This document shows, piece by piece, positions 13,191-26,236 of a stretch of 63,512 nucleotides of DNA. Positions within the stretch are counted from its first letter, which is position 1. The number at the start of each line of letters is the position of its first letter. Source of the DNA: Chara braunii (Eukaryota; Plantae; Charophyceae); the NCBI GenBank assembly GCA_003427395.1, contig BFEA01000020.1, forward strand, positions 2,175,941 to 2,239,452. The letters run 5' to 3'. Both the position numbers and the translations under genes were made by a program. The notes beneath the pieces were generated by a model. That model saw nothing but the letters and a program-made list of their open reading frames with translations, was not told the DNA's origin and did not search any database.

Positions 13191-15920
13191 AGCAGCAGTC
13201 CAAACTGTGACCAATAGTGCAAACGGCACCCTTCCTCGAGAGGTGGCAGCACGCGTGGATCATGGCTAGGTAGGGGATTCGCCCCTCTCTCAATCAAACG
13301 TGCGGAGATTGAAAGTGGTTGTTCTCCCTCAGAAGGTGAGCAACCACTAACCAATCACGCAAGCCTTCAATTCACAACTCTTGCTCTGCTACTTCCTTCG
13401 ATAGGATGGCAAGACCCAGATCTGCATGTAAGCCCCTGTCTTAGCAACTCGCTTCATGCTACTTTCGCTGATACGATAAGCAGCCTTCCGGACAACAGGT
13501 AAGTCTCCCTTCTCGCGGCTTGTCTCATGCCACCTCTACAGAGCAATCGCGTCCGCTCGTCAAGTAATTCTCCATCCATCCACGGCCGAGCTCATGCTCC
13601 CGCTACCGATCGGTAAGCAGAAATGAAATTTTCCACGGAAAGCAAAAAGATTCGATCGCTAATAGATAAGCCTTCCTACTTCTTGCTTGCCTCAACTTTT
13701 CCAACACGCCTTCTCTTGTAGCTTGCCCGCTGGCTCTAACACATCATTGTTCATTGCCGCACCGTGTTCCCCTAGCCGATCTGTTCGGTTGGGCTTATGC
13801 AACGTCCTTTGATAAGATGAGCATGCGCCAACCAACAGGTAAGTCTCCCACCTCGCGGGTACCTTCTACTTCTCACACGCTCGACTCTCTGTTTACTCCG
13901 CATCGGCAGCTCTCGAGGTAAGTACGTTGTTCCTCTCTCTCTCTCTCTCTTTATATACATATATATATGTGACAATATATATATATATATATATCAGATA
14001 TATTGTCACAGAACTATTGACTAAGAGCATGAGCATGTGAAGTAGAAGAAGAAATAAGATGAGCAAAGAAAAGAAAAATGAAAGGACAGACAGNNNNNNN
14101 NNNNNNNNNNNNNNNNNNNNNNNNNNNNNNNNNNNNNNNNNNNNNNNNNNNNNNNNNNNNNNNNNNNNNNNNNNNNNNNNNNNNNNNNNNNNNNNNNNNN
14201 NNNNNNNNNNNNNNNNNNNNNNNNNNNNNNNNNNNNNNNNNNNNNNNNNNNNNNNNNNNNNNNNNNNNNNNNNNNNNNNNNNNNNNNNNNNNNNNNNNNN
14301 NNNNNNNNNNNNNNNNNNNNNNNNNNNNNNNNNNNNNNNNNNNNNNNNNNNNNNNNNNNNNNNNNNNNNNNNNNNNNNNNNNNNNNNNNNNNNNNNNNNN
14401 NNNNNNNNNNNNNNNNNNNNNNNNNNNNNNNNNNNNNNNNNNNNNNNNNNNNNNNNNNNNNNNNNNNNNNNNNNNNNNNNNNNNNNNNNNNNNNNNNNNN
14501 NNNTTTCTTTCACAGTTTTGCAGTTTTGGTGAAGAGTCTACCACGTTCATTTTTCAGCACACCTGCACTTCCTTCTTCATTTTTTATTCTCATTTTCACC
14601 CTTCGAACTTTTTCTTTGAGGGCGTTAGGGTGCAGGGTACAAACAAAGAAAAACGACACAAACTTATGTTATATATATATATATATATATGTATATATCT
14701 ATATATCTCTTGACTTGTCCTCTATACCTCCTTCGTTTGTCCAACCGCCCGGTTCGTCCCCTTCTTTTCCGTCTCCACTCTACCGAGTGTTGCCCATTCC
14801 TATCCGGTAGCTAGATCCTACTCAAGGCAGTACCTTCTTGGCCGCAATTACGTCCAGTTTCGGATGAAAACGGCAAGCAGTGGTGGCTTGCTCCCCATCC
14901 AAAGGGGAACACACAACCACCAGGCTTGAAACAATGCAACGGAGGAGATGAGCATCACCGGATAGTATGGTGGTCGTGGCTACGAGCAGCAATGTGGCTT
15001 CGAGAGACGAGGAGATGATCGTGTGCGAACACGTTCATCGGAACCGGAATGATGAACGGGATGGTCACGAAAAGTATGATCAGCACAGATCACCACCTTC
15101 AAAATCTCGACGATGATGAACATTAGTGAAGTGATCCTTGTCGCATGCATGGCTCTCAATCTTATACTAAACCGTATACAAATGAGGAATGAATCTTCCT
15201 CTAGAACTGGGGTAGGTGCATAGCCATCTCATAGCCACGCAGCTTTTGCCGTTCGAACCGAACAAATCGTCGTCGCGATCGCAATTCTGATGCGGTCAAT
15301 CAACCCGAATCGATCCGAAACCTCCGTTTAGAGTCTTTACTTGCCCAAAACGACCGACAAACAGCTGAGCAATCCCATTTTTACTCCTCTTCGCTCCTTC
15401 TCCTTCCCTCTCGACCTCCTCAGCGCACCCCCTGATGCCCGCAGCACCAAATCCAAGCCCCAAACTAGAATTCTGGCGCGGCCATTTGATCCACGTCACC
15501 TCAAAACCCCCGATTTGACTCTTAGGTCGCCCAAAACGATTAACAAATGAGCGAGTTACTCCAACTTTTACCTCGCCTTCCCTCTCTATCACCTTCTCGA
15601 CTTCTTGTCGCACCCCTTTTTTCTCTTACCTCCCATCCTAAACATCTAACACCCAAACTAACCTCGTGATTTCCCCCGTCCGTGCATAAAACTTCAACCT
15701 ATCTCTTTTCTTTGCTCGATTCTATGAACGATCGAGTGAGATATCCGTTTTTCAGTCCACCATATCCCTTCTTCCACCATCTCGAAAGTACCTGGCGGCG
15801 ATTCACGTCCAGGTTCCCTCTGTTGTCTGCTCTTCTTGTAGCATCGTCCCCTCCTTCCTCATCTGCATCTCTTGCTCTAGCGCATGACCCCGTCGTTCAT
15901 TAGCGCTGTTCAACAACTCC

Positions 15921-16350
15921 AGCTATCCAGATGGAAACTTCATAGGGAAATCAACTACAGATTGGCCGGATCAGTCTTTTGCCCCTACATCGAAGTCTAA
16001 CCAACGATTTGCACGTCAGTATCGCTGCGAGCCTTCACCCGTGTTTTCCTTCGGCAGCCTGCTCAGGCGCTGTTCACCGGCTTTTGAGCCCCCACGGCCT
16101 TGCTCATACTTCATCTCTTCCTGCGGACTATAGGTAGCAGTCGGCGCATTCCCCAGTTGTGCCTCGTTTCAGCTCCGATAACCCCGAGGGAAACTTCGAA
16201 AGAAGCAGCTACTAGATGGTTCGAGCAGTCGTTCGCCTCTGTGCCCAGGATTGTAAGACGATTTGTACATTAGTATTGCTGCGGCCTCCACCACTGCGCC
16301 CCAGGTCAATCTTAGGCAGAGTTTACACCACGTTCGAATTCTCAACGGGC
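15921..16350 (-). pseudogene. Two tandem diverged LSU (25S/28S) rRNA fragments
   Basis: gctatccagatggaaactt...cgatttgcacgtcagtatcgctgcg and ccgagggaaacttcg...cagctactagatggttcga match the antisense of the conserved LR5-primer region. Confidence 0.85.
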
Positions 16351-16395
16351 AAGTTCACACACAAATTGCGGGATCGAGGTCGCGGGCCTGCTGTG

Positions 16396-16500
16396 TAACC
16401 TGCAGCGCGAGCTCAGGTGAAGCGGGTCTTGGTGCAGATCTTCAGCATATACTCAAATAGGAACTTTGATGACTAAGTGGAGAGGGTTCCATATGGGCAG
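16396..16500 (+). pseudogene. Diverged LSU rRNA fragment, sense orientation (LR7 region)
   Basis: ggtgcagatctt...atactcaaataggaactttga...gagggttccatatg resembles GGTGCAGATCTTGGTGGTAGTAGCAAATATTCAAATGAGAACTTTGAAG...AAAGGTTCCATGTG. Confidence 0.75.
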
Positions 16501-16509
16501 CTGCGCACA

Positions 16510-16722
16510 GCCTGCGCCCTCCGCCACTATGCTTTCTGGCCAACTGTGCCCAGGGCACAGTTCACCTGTCTCTCGGTCCCGACGGGCATGCCCACACAGC
16601 AGATCGTGGTTGACGGACGGTGCACCCGCAGAGAGTCCCCGCCACTCAGGTTTCTTCCACCTCATGGGCTAGTCACCCACTGGCTCGCATACACGTTGAC
16701 CTTCTTGGTCCGTATTTCAACA
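16510..16722 (-). pseudogene. Third diverged antisense LSU rRNA fragment, ending at the LR3 site
   Basis: cggtgcacccgc...ctcgcatacacgttgaccttcttggtccgtatttcaa resembles CTCGCACACATGTCAGACTCCTTGGTCCGTGTTTCAAG. Confidence 0.8.
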
Positions 16723-16871
16723 GTTCTTGGGTGTGCCAACCGAGCTAAACCCATTGGTTCCCACCGTCGTGCTTGACAGCGATACCGTGTCCTGAAGATG
16801 GGACCGGTACTCAACATGGCCGAACAACAAATATAGTAATAATAATAAATTAATAATAGTAATAAATTAAT

Positions 16872-17671
16872 CAGGTTTACCTGACCGAACGTTCGGGGGC
16901 CCCCGGGCTGGCCACCGAACGTTCAGGGGCCCCCGGGCTGGCCCCCGAACGTTCGGGCGTTCGGGGTCCCGTTCGGGGGCCGGACACCTCCAGGTTCGGC
17001 CCCCGCCAAAAAACATTTCGAGGCCTAGAAATAAGTTTTTTTTTCTGATTTTTTTTTATGAGATCTCTATGATGTAACCTACACGCCTATAAATGTTGAA
17101 GCCATTCTGCTAAGCCAAAAAAACATTAAAAATCGTCGAAGATGGGGGTGTCAAAACGTGCTCGCCCACTCACTATTTTGTTTTTTTCACTTTTCACTTT
17201 TTGTTTTCACTTTATTTCGGGGCCTAAAACATTTTATTATTTTTTGAATTTCTTAATAAGTTGTTGATTATGTAAACTACATATCTGTAAATTTTCAGGG
17301 CATTTGTCAATGCCAAAAAATAATTAAAAATCGGCAAAGATGGCGGTGTCGAAAAGGTGCTGGCACACTCACTCATTTTAATTCTCTTTTTATTTTTTCT
17401 TATTTTTATCATAGTGTTTATTTTCTGTATTTGATTTTTAATTCAAATTTGGTAAAGAATTTGGATGTAGTGCCCAGGCAAATGTTGTTTAGTTTATTTT
17501 TCTCCATAACATTTGTTTTTTTCAGAATTTTGTGAAAACTTTGTTTTTTTTTTTGGTTTTTTTTTTTTTGTCCGCTTTCGGCCCAAACGGCCGAACGCCT
17601 TCCGAAGGGGTCCCGTACGTTCGGGCGTTCGGGTTCGAGCGTTCGGCCCGTCCCGAACGCCGGTAACCCTG
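16872..17671. mobile_element. Non-autonomous hAT-type MITE, 800 bp
   Basis: TIRs CAGGTTTACC / GGTAACCCTG; exact 8-bp TSD AAATTAAT (16864-16871 and 17672-17679); subterminal CCGAACGTTCGG repeats; AT-rich interior. Confidence 0.9.
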
Positions 17672-18592
17672 AAATTAATAATAATAATAAAATTAAATTA
17701 AATTAAAATAAACATAAGAGGGAAAGGCGGCTCCTATGGGAAGGGGGAACTATTGGCATCCCCTCGGTTCCACCAATCTGGCCCGCGGTCGAGACCAGTA
17801 AATAAAACTGAGAGGGATAGCCTCGCTGGGCCCTCAACCCCTCAGCTTCCTTCAAACTGCACCGTTGCTCCGCCATCACCGCATGTTGTCCTTGACCCCC
17901 GTACCCGCTGCTTGAGAGTTCAACACCGTAACCGATAGTGCTATGCCCAAGGCTGGCATTGGCATTATCAGAAAGTCTTATAAATGGGTTCGGCAGGTTG
18001 CACGACCTTATGAAGAAGCCCTAAAGGCCACGCTTTGGCTTATCGGCCGAATTCCTGACTGCGAACCGGCGTCCTCCTACTGTGCGGGCACCAGGCTCCG
18101 TGCACGGTCCGCACTTATTCATCACCAACTATACTAACCCCGTTTTTATCGAACCTTTCCTGATACAGGAAAAGTCGCCCGCACCTTAAACTAGTGCGTC
18201 CACACACCCTCTAATCTCACCTCGCACGCACCATCATTCGACTAAAAATGAGTTGAGCGTCGACCCCGTGATACTTATATAAATCCTGGCTTCTAGTATC
18301 GCCTCGGCCCTCAGGTGCCACTTGTGTGACGCGCAAATATGTGCACGAACACCCTTGTAAAGGTATTCACGCAGACAGCGGCCTGAGGATGAAACGAAGG
18401 AGGAGATTTCGGCATTTGGGAAGCAATTTGAGGAAGCCTCGGAGGAGCAGGTAATATTGATAGAGGAGCGAGAAGCACAAGTAAAATTGAGACTGGTTGC
18501 ACAGAAGGGGAGGGAGTTTGAAGAGAAAAGAAGGTTGAAGGAAGAAGGAGAAGCCCAATCAATCAATCAATGGCGGGGGTCTCCCCCACCAG

Positions 18593-18637
<45 letters not shown>

Positions 18638-18999
18638 GGTGGGGCGGGGCGACCCCNNNNNNNNNNNNNNNNNNNNNNNNNNNNNNNNNNNNNNNNNNNN
18701 NNNNNNNNNNNNNNNNNNNNNNNNNNAAAAAAAAAAAAAAAAAAAACGCATTTTTTTTTTTTTTTCAAAAGTTGATCTTTTTCGGTTTTTTTTTGTGGGG
18801 GGGGTGTGGGGCCGGGGATGTGCCGCCACGTGGCGTCTCCCGTTTTTTGAAAGTCACTCCCGCGCGGCCGCCACGTGGCTTCAAAGCCGCGCGTCCGCGC
18901 GGACGCGTCCACGGGGTCTGCGGACTGGCCTCGTCCGCGGATTCGGCCATGGATGGCCGCCGCCGAGGGTGTTTCATAGCACCGGCCTTATGCTTTGCC

Positions 19000-20100
19000 A
19001 GCACCAACTCCAGCGGATGCAGCGGGTTCCAGCTCCGATACCAGTGCAATGAACCGCTCAGATTCACTCTCAACTCGACATGCGCAGAGAAAGCTCACAT
19101 GAAGATTCACACCAAATCCAAAAATGGAACACCAAAATCAGTGCAGCTCAGAAACTTCAATAAATGCTCATACAATTTCAGAGTTTAGATAGTCAACGCT
19201 TAGTGGTGCATCCCACAATTGTATCCAGCGCTCATCAGCGCAGTCAGCCACAACCCCAAACATGTACTTAGCCTCAACACCCTCTTCTTGTGATTATTTG
19301 TTTCTCTCTCTTTTCTCGCTGGCTACTTTCTCTCTGTTCTTGTCTCGCTCTGCCTTTCCTCTCTCTCTCACTCTCGCTGCTAGTACTTGGATTGTAACCC
19401 TGTATACATCCGCTCTCTTTGCTGCAAGCTGCAGCTACGGCAGTTATGGCCGGCCTCTTCTCCTCAAACCCTAACTCAGCAACGCTTCTCCAGCCTCCTG
19501 TTTTGTTGGTCCAAGCTGTGAGGTCGCACAAGCAACCAGCAGTGCTTCCGCAGCTCATGCAGGACAAAAGATGTGGTAGGTTGCACTGTAGCAGCTATTA
19601 ATAGTTGCTTGACTTGGCCTTGATCTGCTTCTGACCGGTGCCGGTCAGCCGTGGTGCTGCATGAACTTTTGTTGTCTGGTACCTTCTGGACTTTCTCGGG
19701 ACGATGTTGCAAAATTGGAGTCTGGGCCTGGACTTTCCTAGTCGGGTACCGGTAGGACTTTTAAACCGCTAGTACATGTCCCCAGCCTTGCTGAAAAGAA
19801 AACTCGTCGCCTATGAAAATTCCGGAGGCCCAGTGCTGTGGATAAATTGAATCATCGGCGACCGGCCTCCAAAAGAGGCCCACGACCGATAGCTGGATGT
19901 AGTGGTGGTTTAACCAACCGACCATTCGGCTACCGGCTCGACTCAGCCTTTGACGCTCCAACCTATAGGACCCTACAAACTCTACCTAGGACAGGACCCA
20001 ACAGACCTACCTAGACCTGGTTGGGACCGGGACCATCTGGGACTGAGCCTAACTGGGACTGGGACAATTTGAGGCCCTGGAACCAGGACTGGGAAAGTTT
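19000..20100 (-). mobile_element. LTR retrotransposon 3' fragment (PPT followed by LTR start)
   Basis: Minus strand reads AAGAAGAGGG followed by TGTTGAGG at ~19287-19270. No coding domains were recognised. Confidence 0.3.
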
Positions 20101-20809
20101 ATAGCGCGATCCTTTCATAATATACTTCATGGATGCTTATGCTGTTTCGACCCACCCCCCCAACTGCCCCACCTCCCTCTTTTTGTTGATTGTGTAAAGC
20201 TCCAGTGTGTGTAGGCTGTTTGACATCAGGCTATTGACTTAGTAAACTTACAAGAAACCTAGTGCAAACATTTATTTTTACTAGCTAAGCGTCCTCGGTG
20301 CGGGCCATGCCCCCAGAAATAAGAATGTTATAGGCAACCTGAAACGGACCATTCGCATAAACTGAGACGGACTTAATAAAAAAAAAAAAAGGAATCACAT
20401 GATAATAAAGAATAGCTTAAAAATGGCTACAAAGTCCGAGTTTAATTCACGAATTAAAAAAGTGACAAAAAAAAAAAGGAGAAAAGGCGAGCAGAGACAG
20501 AGACAGACAAAGAGAGAGCGAAATAAAGAACAAAATAGAGATAGCGAGAGAGAGAGAGAGGGAGAAATGGAGAGATATATAAAGAGAGAGAGAGAGAGGG
20601 GAGCAACAAAAGAGCAAAGAATAAAGAAAGACGAACACGAGTATACAAAGAAAAAAAGTTTCATATGAAGATTTCCCGTTCCGTTACAGTAAGCAAGTGG
20701 CCGCAATATGATCAAGGCACAATTATCGTGTAGTGGAATCAACGCCGACTTAAAAAAAAAGGGAATAATATTACGTCAAAATTATTTAAGTTGTCCCCCC
20801 CCCCTTTCT

Positions 20810-21021
20810 CTCTCTCTCTCTTTCTCTTTCTCTCTCTCTCTCTCTCGTTGCACGCGTGTGTGTGTGCAATCAATCAATTTGAATCAATCAATCTATTAAT
20901 CAATCAATCAATCAATCAAGTCTGCATGTCGTTTTGTTTCGTATTGTTGTTTCGGAAGAAGAAGAAGAAGAAGAAGAAGAAGAAGAAAAAGAAGAAAAAG
21001 AAGAAGAAGAAAAAGAAGAAG

Positions 21022-21054
<33 letters not shown>

Positions 21055-21083
21055 AGAAAAACAATGCTTTCGTTGCACGTGTG

Positions 21084-21138
<55 letters not shown>

Positions 21139-21256
21139 ACGCACACGGGAGGCGACCCCCCGACAACCAATCAATCAATCAACCAATCAAGTCATGAATC
21201 AATCAAAGGTGATTGATCGATTGATTGATTGATTGAGTGAGTGAGTGAGTGAGTGA
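20810..21256. repeat. Microsatellite cluster: (CT)n, (TCAA)n, (GAA)n, poly-A, (GT)n
   Basis: Directly visible. Confidence 0.9.
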
Positions 21257-21336
21257 TTGATCAACCCTCCCAATCAGGGTTGGGTTTGGAAAGCATTCGG
21301 ATCATCTCTCTCTTCCTATATCTCTCATAAGATAAA

Positions 21337-22773
21337 TCAACGTCCTTCGCTGGAACGATACTCTTGCAGCACCTCACGAACAAAAACTTGTTGCAACACT
21401 TTGCGACGATACTCCTCGAAAGTTCCGAATCGACCCTGTCCTTGCAGATTGTAATCGAGATGAATTACAACATTCACACACCTCCAAGTGTTCATGCTCG
21501 TATTCAATTCCTCTGCTGCGTCCACAATATCTTGAATCCTGTGAGAACTGTCAACATGAGACAGTTGTGCAAGTGTCTTTTTGGGACCAATAGATTCAAG
21601 AGAGTCATATATGGCAATGTTAAGATTAAAAGAATTCGGTTGTCCCAAGGGTCCTGTATGGACATGCATATGTTCTGTTGATGGTGTAACAGTGGGCACA
21701 ACACAAACGACAGGAAACGGAGTAGCCGTAGCGGCCGCCAAAGAAGAAACAACAACAGAGGTAGTGACAATCGGCGTTGACATGTTGGACGGTGGAGCAA
21801 AAACCGCAAGATGTTGAAAATGTGAAGGAGATGCTGCTTGAAGGGGTAGTTTACGGACCGGAGTGGAATGAGGAGCGGAAGAAGCAACCACAGGAGGAAT
21901 CCTTTTGAGAAGGTTCTGTATATGTGCATATTTGTGAAAGGGCTGAGGAATTATCCCTTCAGTCGGACAATGTGGCAAATGAATTGTCATCTTGGTAATC
22001 TCCTCATTAGAGAGAGCAATGAACTCATCGTTCAAAAACGATTGCAACATAGAAGAAACCTCCAAATCCGAAACATTCAACGAGTCTGAAGGAAGAGGGG
22101 ATCGTCGTTCCAACCGCATATCAGTGAGTTTGTTTCTTTTCCAGTCGAGGAAGTTTTTCCATATTCGTCCATCTTTTACCACTGCGGCACTTTTGACAAA
22201 CATTTCAAAAAGCACCTCATTCAAGACATTTTGCATGCCAAGCTTCTTCGCATCGTCAAACCATCTAGCAAGGTAAGCACGCGAATTTGGAGTGCGGACT
22301 CTGGGTGCATCGTTATCATCAGGCACCACAACAACCCCCGAAGGATTTTGTGGTTGCGATGTGGCACAAACATCTCTTTCGTGTCCACTGAGCTGAGATT
22401 GCGAACACAAATCACAAACACGCACACGTTCAGCGACCCCTGCACAAAACGGAAGAGATGCAAGTGCATCGTCGAGAAGCGCATTCGGCGCTCTCATAAT
22501 CTGATTTCCCGTTTCAACAACAACAGGTTGTCGTCCCGCTCGATTATCAGCCAAGGTAGGCTCAAGCACTTCGGGGGAACCCAAAAGATTAGTTTTCGCA
22601 CCACGTCTCTTTCTTCTCTTGAATGTAGATTCAACACAGTCTTCTTTCGAATCACCCGTAACCTTATCATCCTCGTCATCGGAAAATGTAAGGATATTAG
22701 GCCTACCCCACGGACCTCTACGCGAATCATCCCCATCAACACGACAATCGTCACCACCCTCCTCCACAACCAT
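21337..22773 (-). CDS. 478-aa ORF of unknown function downstream of RepHel
   Basis: Long open frame co-oriented with the Helitron. It has a KRRKRR NLS-like motif and an acidic N-terminus. A pyrimidine-rich acceptor (ttttctttcttcacag) lies upstream at ~23027. Confidence 0.45.
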   Translation of the reverse strand: MVVEEGGDDCRVDGDDSRRGPWGRPNILTFSDDEDDKVTGDSKEDCVESTFKRRKRRGAKTNLLGSPEVLEPTLADNRAGRQPVVVETGNQIMRAPNALLDDALASLPFCAGVAERVRVCDLCSQSQLSGHERDVCATSQPQNPSGVVVVPDDNDAPRVRTPNSRAYLARWFDDAKKLGMQNVLNEVLFEMFVKSAAVVKDGRIWKNFLDWKRNKLTDMRLERRSPLPSDSLNVSDLEVSSMLQSFLNDEFIALSNEEITKMTIHLPHCPTEGIIPQPFHKYAHIQNLLKRIPPVVASSAPHSTPVRKLPLQAASPSHFQHLAVFAPPSNMSTPIVTTSVVVSSLAAATATPFPVVCVVPTVTPSTEHMHVHTGPLGQPNSFNLNIAIYDSLESIGPKKTLAQLSHVDSSHRIQDIVDAAEELNTSMNTWRCVNVVIHLDYNLQGQGRFGTFEEYRRKVLQQVFVREVLQEYRSSEGR

Positions 22774-23095
22774 GTTTTCAGCATCATCAAGGGTATTCCC
22801 TTGTGAATATGCATGTTCAACTTCGCCAAAAACAACATGATCGTCCTAAGCATGTTCACTTCCAAGATTAACCAATCACTCATCATTTCAACTTTTATTT
22901 GATCTCTCCGAATGTTCGGCTCCAGCTTTTGACGTAACATTCAGATCATCTCGAGTTGTATCGTTGGTTCCCATTTCTTTCCTTTTAGCATGAGTGTCAT
23001 ATTTATGGCCCATTCGGGAATCGCCTGTGAAGAAAGAAAATGACAAAATTAATCGAAACTCTAAGGCTCGAAAAAAAAAAAAAAAGTGAGCAACT

Positions 23096-25675
23096 CATCT
23101 TAAAAGTTCATGATGTACAATATTCTTTGTCAAAAAATTATTATCAGGTAACGCAACACGGATGTTGCTGGGATGGCCAACACGCGACAAAGCAATATAC
23201 AGTTGGTCATGCGCAAAAACCGACTTGCACAACCAAACCCCCACACGCAATACGGTTTGTCCTCAGGACTTGTTAATCATTACAACAAAAGAAAGACGGA
23301 CAGGAAATTGCATCCTACACTATTTGAACCTGGTGGTCTCACCATCGCTTGTCAGATCAATCTTGGGGATAAATGCAGTCTTACCCGTGCACATTATTGT
23401 CACTTCCAACAAATCATCATTAATTATCTTTTTTAGAATCAGCCTTGTAATGTTGCAAAGTCCTTGTTTCGGCGACAAATTTCGCAAAAGCATCACGGAC
23501 GCTCTAATTTTCAAGTGCAGCTTGTGAGGTGGAAGGTCTGATTCATTGGGAGAGTTTAAAACCTTTCGCTCAATACCGAGTCCGGTATCATCTGAATCGG
23601 GATAATCAACGTTGAAAAACTCATGCACCTCCCCAAGGAAATCGTCAAGAACACGGTTGTTAACAGGACCGTCATCGTCATTAGTAGGGCATAAAATTAA
23701 TCGAGGCGAGAAATACTCGGCATCCCCCACTGGTTGGACACATCGTCAAACGTCCATGAAATCAACGCATCAATCGGTTTATCCCTACAAATCTCACGTG
23801 GCAATCTGATTGCAACAGGTTCATTAGGAACAACACGAGGATGGTCACAATTCCCAACACACATAAAAAAATGGGTATACATTCGTGTCATTTCATCATC
23901 GCTTAAGCTTAAGATTCACATATTTTCGGTCAGTTGATGAACCTCAAAAAGTTTTCACAAAGGAGACATTTTCATAGACGCATCAATTTGTTGCGCTCGC
24001 AATCCGTGTTTCACAACGGGCAAAACCTGTCTAAAATCCCCAGCAAGGAGTAAAACTTTCCCACCAAACGACTCATCATTGTTACAGATGTCCCGAAGTG
24101 TAATGTCAAGAGTTTCCAAGTGAAACTTCTTGCTCATTGGAGCCTCGTCCCAAACAAGCAAGTTGGCACAACGGATAAGCTCGGTAAGATCACTTTGTTT
24201 CGGAATTGAAACGAGACACGTGTTATCAAGTTCCAAAGGTGCCCGAAATCGTGAGTGAAACGTTCGACCCCCTGTCAAAAGAGTCACCGCTATGCCACTC
24301 GACGCCACAGTCAGTCCAATGACAGAACGGGACTTTATGCCCGCCAAAATCGTTTCAATGCAAAAAGTATTTCCTGTTCCGGTCGGTGCATCGATAAAAA
24401 CACGCAACGGTCTTTTCTCTTGCACAACCTGAACAACTCTTTCCACCAACGCTCGTTGGCATGGTCGAAGACATCGAAAATTAGAGTCATATCTACGTTG
24501 CATTTGAATTGGATCATACCACAACTCGTCGTTTAGAATCGACAACACCGTTCTGTTCTCGTAATGTCAGGTGTCAAATAATAAAGGCAGAACTGACGAA
24601 TGTTTTTTTTCCAGATTCTTGCAAAATACGGTCAAGATGAAATAAGAGTAACGATTGCAAAATGTTTGAGGGAACAATTTCATTGTCTGTGCGATACTGA
24701 AAATCATCACACAGCTTATCCCAATGTCGTTCAAAGAAACATACCGGATCGTTCACTGGACCAAATGCGAGAGTCATAGCAAATACTTTACGAACTTCTT
24801 TAGGCATATGATGTCATGCGACTGTCTCTATGCGTTAATCGTATGCATCATCGGTTTGCAAAAGGCCCAATCGAAGGCACACGGATCAGAAAGAATCGTA
24901 TTTGACTCCATGCACCATACGAATTTCCGCAAAAGAGCGCACCCCACGAAAATGTTCATGGTTTAGAAACACACGCAGATAGAATCGTTCCCCTTCCGTG
25001 ATCCTCACATGATGCAACCGAGAGATCTTTTCAAAGGGACCACCGTGAAGATCAAACTTTCTTCGGTTCCACTTTTTATGTTTGTTGTCCCATACATGAG
25101 TATTAACGATCTCTGCATACAGAAGAAGCTCCTCTTTAGGAATATGTCCATTCAAAGAGTTGTGTTCCATCCACGCCGTCAATTTCGTTTTTGGGGGCCC
25201 ATGCGAAACAACATCATGCTCAGTGTCAGATTTGAATTGCACTTTTTGCATGTTTTCGATATGCACGGACAATCTTTCGACTGCGGGTCATTGTTCCGCT
25301 AGGTCGAACTCAAATACACACTAGCATGCCCGCATGCGCCTACAATACGCATATCTTGATACGATTTGACTTCATCGATGGGCGGATTACTATCTTGCTC
25401 GCAAACCATAGCACGATCACACCCTTTGCATACGTACTTATACACGTACTTGCACGCCTTGATGTTAGCACAATATTCAACATTCAAGTGACAATTAAAC
25501 CTCATTAGCAAGTAAGGGTTATACAGGACCACACGACGATTATCGTAAACGATACCATTTTGAACAATCGTAAAACCACCGTCACTTGGTTTCCTTCTCC
25601 TATACGAAGGGTACGTTTGATCGTCTTTGAATATTGTGGTCGAAATAAAGTCTTTTGGGAACCCTTTTGTGCCTT
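23096..25675 (-). pseudogene. Helitron Rep (C-terminal part) and Pif1-family helicase, with many frameshifts and stops
   Basis: KGFPKDF..YPSYRRR..DNRRVVLYNPYLL..CHLNVEYC..KYVYKYVCKG; RFYLRVFL; DAPTGTG, VASSGIA, GGRTFHSRF, WDEAPM, FGGKVLLLAGDFRQVLPV, VMLLRNL..GLCN; ends TKNIVHHELLR*. Confidence 0.95.
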
Positions 25676-26236
25676 ACCGGTGAGGTGCATTCTGTGGAGG
25701 AAGACTCTGAGCACGGCCTCCAAGAGTCCCCTGCCTGACATTATTGCAGTAGAGATAGTATTTTCTTTTTTCCTTTTTCTTTCACTCGCGGGCAATATAA
25801 AAATCTGATTAATGGGACAATGTCGACCCTGTGTCCCACCCCCGGTAACTTCGGGAACTGGCAAAACATCGTAATTTCCCAACACTGGCGGAGGTACTAG
25901 TGGTTTAAAGGGGAAAAAAAAGAAAAAAGGCTCCCAGGCTGCACCTGGGCCCGGGCAGCTGGTTACCCTTGGGCGTGGACCCAGGATTCAGGCCCAGCCT
26001 GGGGCTGTCCCCTACATGCTACGTGCCTCGTCCTATGTGCCCACCCTTCACTGGACCTGTCTCCCTCGCTTGCTCCCAGCCCCTGTCCCCGACCTGACCC
26101 TCCGACTGTGTCTCAAACAAAAGTTGAGCCTGTGTTCTCGACTTGCCTTTTGTCCCAGACCCCGTCTCCCTGACCTCGGCCTCCTTGCCTGCCTGCCAAG
26201 CCCCATGCCAGGCTCATTACCAGTCTCAGGCAAACA

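Larger units (their letters stand above)
8005..13930 (-). mobile_element. Probable leader/LTR region and accessory-ORF remnants of a large LTR retrotransposon
   Basis: Lies upstream of the minus-strand gag relic. Contains a coiled-coil ORF remnant (9068-9304, plus strand), internal tandem repeats and several minus-strand AG|GTAAG donor-like sites (~8825, ~9505, ~10913). Boundaries are not resolved. Confidence 0.35.
20281..25675 (-). mobile_element. 5'-truncated Helitron
   Basis: RepHel pseudogene plus a downstream ORF. A candidate 3' terminus CTAG|T lies at 20281-20284, preceded by a weak GC-rich hairpin; the terminus is uncertain. Confidence 0.7.

Noticed and set aside
14988-15002. 15-nt reverse-complement match to the array head (agcaatgtggcttcg)
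   Set aside because: It has no enclosing stem and is a single occurrence. It cannot be supported as a unit or target, though it is worth rechecking with a covariance model.
15921-16722. Functional rRNA gene
   Set aside because: The pieces are short, rearranged and substituted at conserved positions.
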